53,889 nucleotides of DNA from Verrucomicrobiota bacterium (lineage in GTDB: Bacteria; Verrucomicrobiota; Verrucomicrobiia; Limisphaerales; Palsa-1400). This document shows positions 51,024 to 53,889 of the stretch, piece after piece. Positions within the stretch are counted from its first letter, which is position 1; each line of letters begins with the position of its first letter. The stretch is from assembly GCA_049510745.1 (NCBI GenBank), contig JBEKYR010000037.1, positions 1 through 53,889 on the forward strand, given 5' to 3'. The notes under the pieces are model-generated. The model did not search any database, was not told the origin of the DNA, and saw only the letters and a list, made by a program, of their open reading frames with translations. A program made the position numbers and the translations under genes.

Positions 51024-51797
51024 ATGAACCTGACCTTGAAAGTGTGGCGGCAGAAGGACGCGCGGAGCCAGGGCCGGCTGGTGACTTACCAGGCCGCAAA
51101 CGTTTTGGCCGACATGTCGTTTTTGGAAATGCTGGACGTGGTCAACGAGGAGTTGATGGCCAAGGGCGAGGAGCCGATCGCCTTCGATTCCGATTGCCGC
51201 GAGGGCATCTGCGGAACCTGTTCGATGATGATCAACGGCATCGCCCACGGCGGCTTGCGCGGCACGACCGTTTGCCAGCTTCACCTGCGGCATTTCAAGG
51301 AGGGCGACACGATCGTCATTGAACCCTGGCGCGCCCGCGCCTTTCCGGTCATCAAGGACCTGGTCACCGATCGCAGCGCCTTTGACCGGATCATCCAGGC
51401 CGGCGGCTTTGTCTCCGTCAACACCGGCGGCACGCCCGACGCCAACGCCCTGCCGGTGGGCAAGACGGACGCCGACCGTGCCATGGACGCGGCCGCCTGC
51501 ATCGGCTGCGGCGCGTGCGTTGCGGCCTGCAAGAACGCGTCGGCGATGCTTTTCCTTTCCGCCAAAGTGTCGCATCTGGCGTCGTTGCCGCAGGGGCGGC
51601 CCGAACGCGAGCGGCGCGTGCTCAACATGGTGAAAGTCATGGACGAATCGGGCTTCGGCAACTGCACCGTGACCGGCTCGTGCGAGGCGGTGTGCCCGAA
51701 GGAGATCAGCCTGAACTTCATCGCGCAAATGAACCGCGAGTACGGCCGGGCCATCCTCAAGAATTCGGTCCCGCGCGAAAGCAAAGGCGGGGATTAG
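51024..51797 (+). CDS. sdhB: succinate dehydrogenase iron-sulfur subunit
   Basis: 'CREGICGTC', '[11 protein letters not shown]', '[12 protein letters not shown]'. Confidence 0.97.
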   Translation: MNLTLKVWRQKDARSQGRLVTYQAANVLADMSFLEMLDVVNEELMAKGEEPIAFDSDCREGICGTCSMMINGIAHGGLRGTTVCQLHLRHFKEGDTIVIEPWRARAFPVIKDLVTDRSAFDRIIQAGGFVSVNTGGTPDANALPVGKTDADRAMDAAACIGCGACVAACKNASAMLFLSAKVSHLASLPQGRPERERRVLNMVKVMDESGFGNCTVTGSCEAVCPKEISLNFIAQMNREYGRAILKNSVPRESKGGD

Positions 51798-51881
51798 ATT
51801 CCGGCGTAAATCTGCGTCGTTTATTGCGGATAATCCGCAAAAAAGGCTTTACTTTTCATTTTATTGCCATAATCTGTTCCC

Positions 51882-53135
51882 ATGTTAATCGAGTTTAAGG
51901 TTACAAACTTCCGGTCCATCCGTGAGGAGCAGAAGTTTAGCCTCGTCGCCGCGAACGCGGACAAGGATCTGCCTTCGTGCGTCATTGAGCGCGAATTACC
52001 CGGACTCTCTGGCATTAGATTCCTCAAAGGAGCCGCGATTTACGGCGCGAACGCCTCCGGGAAATCAAACGTTCTCGCCGCCATCGGGTATGTGTCCAGC
52101 TTCGTCCAGCGGTCTGTGACAAAGATGCAGCCTGGAGATAAAACCGGTGCGGAACCGTTCAAGTTGGACAGGTCATCGGCGACAAAGCCATCCGAGTTTG
52201 AGATTACATTTGTAGCTGATGATGTGCGTTTCGTATTTGGTTTTGCAGTCACGCCGCAACGAGTGGTCGAGGAGTATTTGGTCGCGTATCCGAAAGGCGC
52301 GCCGCAACGCTGGTATCATCGCACATTCAATGCGACCACTGAAGGTTATGAGTGGGCCAAGCCATCGACTGCCTTCAAACAAGACAAGAGCCTTGAGGAC
52401 AAGACGCGGGCGAATTCCTTGTTCCTCTCGGTTGGTCCCCAATTCAATCACACCCAACTGACGCCAGTTTTTCACTGGTTCAAGAACAGCTTGCAGTTTA
52501 TACACCTAAATATCGAAACTGCGTTGCATCCCGGCTTTACCGCGACTAAGGAGCATATCATCAAGCCGACTCACCACGACCGGATCATCAATCTGCTCCG
52601 AAGCGCTGATTTCGGAGTGATTGGCGCCGAGATTCAAGAGGAAGAAATCAATTTTGAGGCGTTTAGCTGGAATCCAATCACGCGCGTGGTGAAGGTGAAT
52701 CTGACTCACAAAGCCGAGGGCATCGAACCGGTCGCGCTGGACTTCGATAACGAAGAATCGGCGGGAACTCGCCGTTTTTTTGCCTTGATCGGTCCGTGGC
52801 TTGACATCCTTGAGAATGGCTACACGGTGTTCGTTGATGAAATCGAAACGAGCTTGCATCCGGTCTTGGTGAAGGAGCTTTTGAAACTGGTATTCTCCGG
52901 CGAGAATAATCCCAAAGGCGCGCAGGTTGTTTTCACGACGCACAACCCAGTGTTCCTGGACAGTACGCTCATGCGGCGGGACCAAGTCTGGTTCACCGAA
53001 AAGTCCCCGAGCGGCGAAACTCACCTTTACCCGTTGACTGACTATCAACCCCGCAAGGATGAGGCCTTGGCGAAGGGATACCTCGCCGGACGGTACGGGG
53101 CGATCCCATTTTTGCCGGAAGGTTTGAAGCTGTGA
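51882..53135 (+). CDS. RloA-like ABC/AAA_21 ATPase
   Basis: 'NFRSI', Walker A 'GANASGKS', signature 'ESAGT', Walker B 'VFVDE', 'SLHP', 'FTTH', 'RRDQVWF.EK', 'YL.GRYGAIP'. Confidence 0.9.
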   Translation: MLIEFKVTNFRSIREEQKFSLVAANADKDLPSCVIERELPGLSGIRFLKGAAIYGANASGKSNVLAAIGYVSSFVQRSVTKMQPGDKTGAEPFKLDRSSATKPSEFEITFVADDVRFVFGFAVTPQRVVEEYLVAYPKGAPQRWYHRTFNATTEGYEWAKPSTAFKQDKSLEDKTRANSLFLSVGPQFNHTQLTPVFHWFKNSLQFIHLNIETALHPGFTATKEHIIKPTHHDRIINLLRSADFGVIGAEIQEEEINFEAFSWNPITRVVKVNLTHKAEGIEPVALDFDNEESAGTRRFFALIGPWLDILENGYTVFVDEIETSLHPVLVKELLKLVFSGENNPKGAQVVFTTHNPVFLDSTLMRRDQVWFTEKSPSGETHLYPLTDYQPRKDEALAKGYLAGRYGAIPFLPEGLKL

Positions 53136-53772
53136 GTGGCCGACGCTCATTTGCGCGAGGGCCTGCGGCTTTCCGGCGTGGAAGGCCTCGCTTTCCGTCG
53201 TCCGGCAAAGCTTTTCTTATTGTCGCGGAGGGCGAGAAGACAGAGCCGAATTACTTCCGTGCGCTCCGAAACCGACTGGAACTTGCGGCGGCTGACGTGG
53301 AAATCGTTCATCCCGAAGGAACGGACCCTGTGACCCTCACGCGCGCAGCCATTCAAATTCGAGACGAGCGAAAGAAATAGGCGAAAAAGGGGTTTCCGGT
53401 TGCTTACGATGAGGTGTGGGTCGTTTTTGACTTGGAGAAACCGCACGACGAACGCCGGAAACTTGCGGTGGCAGCGATGGCGCTGAAGGAGGCGGCGGGA
53501 ATCAAGTTCGCCTTTTCTGACCCGTGCTTTGAATTTTGGTTGTTGCTTCACGAGGAGTTTACAACCGCCCCGTTTGCGGACTGTGGCCAAGTCATTCAAC
53601 GGTTGGAAGTCCACTGGAGAAACTATTCCAAGGGTCTATCTCCGACACCTGAGTTCCTTGAAAAAATCCCCGCTGCCGTTTTAAATGCGGAGCGTTGTCG
53701 GAAACATCACGAGACTTCCGGTGGTGACTGGAATCCTTCCACGCAGGTGGATATTCTGGCTCGACACCTTAA
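53132..53772 (+). pseudogene. RloB-like protein interrupted by an in-frame TAG (53378-53380)
   Basis: 'LIVAEGEKTEPNYF' before the stop; 'YDEVWVVFD', 'SDPCFEFWLLLH', 'NPSTQV' follow in the same frame. Confidence 0.85.
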
Positions 53773-53889
53773 CCTAAGTTCCATTTTCTCCAAGCGTAAG
53801 TCGTTGATTTGCAAGCTTCCGGTATTCGTTCACTTGCTACAACTGGCCCTCCGTCCAAGCGGGCGGCTTGGCAAAAAGCGTCAGCAAAT
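53773..53889. mobile_element. possible end of an insertion sequence (IS1380-like) at the window edge
   Basis: RloB similarity ends at TTAA (53769-53772), followed by CCTAAGTTCCATTTT...AAGTCGTTGATTT; no rloB stop codon is present. Confidence 0.3.

Noticed and set aside
53378..53380. Genetic-code reassignment or pyrrolysine at the rloB TAG
   Set aside because: TAG is a normal stop for several genes here (e.g. 1118, 27481, 46336, 51797) and no pyl genes are seen
1..53889. tRNA, rRNA, prophage or integrase genes
   Set aside because: None recognised in the window

Overview
GC-rich bacterial chromosomal segment, most likely Verrucomicrobiota (Pedosphaera/Limisphaera-like). This is inferred from the H-X9-DG prepilin, a C-terminal 'DTN...FYRV' secreted-protein tail, a TMTC/TPR protein, a stand-alone RRM protein and a PUR protein. 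Most of the window is housekeeping: rsfS-nadD-cstA, folE2-dksA-rpmG-rpsR, a gspE/L/M/D secretion cluster, uvrA, yajQ, thiH/thiS, PPi-type PEP carboxykinase, xylonate catabolism, xdhC, folC and sdhCAB. The most notable items are: (1) a compact three-way-junction ncRNA candidate with a U-tail 18 nt upstream of a DUF3800 (RNase H-like) gene in a small accessory island, a possible RNA-protein toxin/antitoxin or defence system; (2) a cobalamin riboswitch controlling a BtuH-like secreted protein plus an H-X9-DG pseudopilin, with no BtuB in the unit; (3) a ~270 bp MITE-like repeat with nested AATGACGAA/TTCGTCATT palindromes (two full copies, one partial); (4) CstA-YbdD and FolC-HAD fusions; (5) three decayed toxin/defence modules; (6) many apparently leaderless genes. 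All family calls come from motif recognition by eye; no database searches were run.
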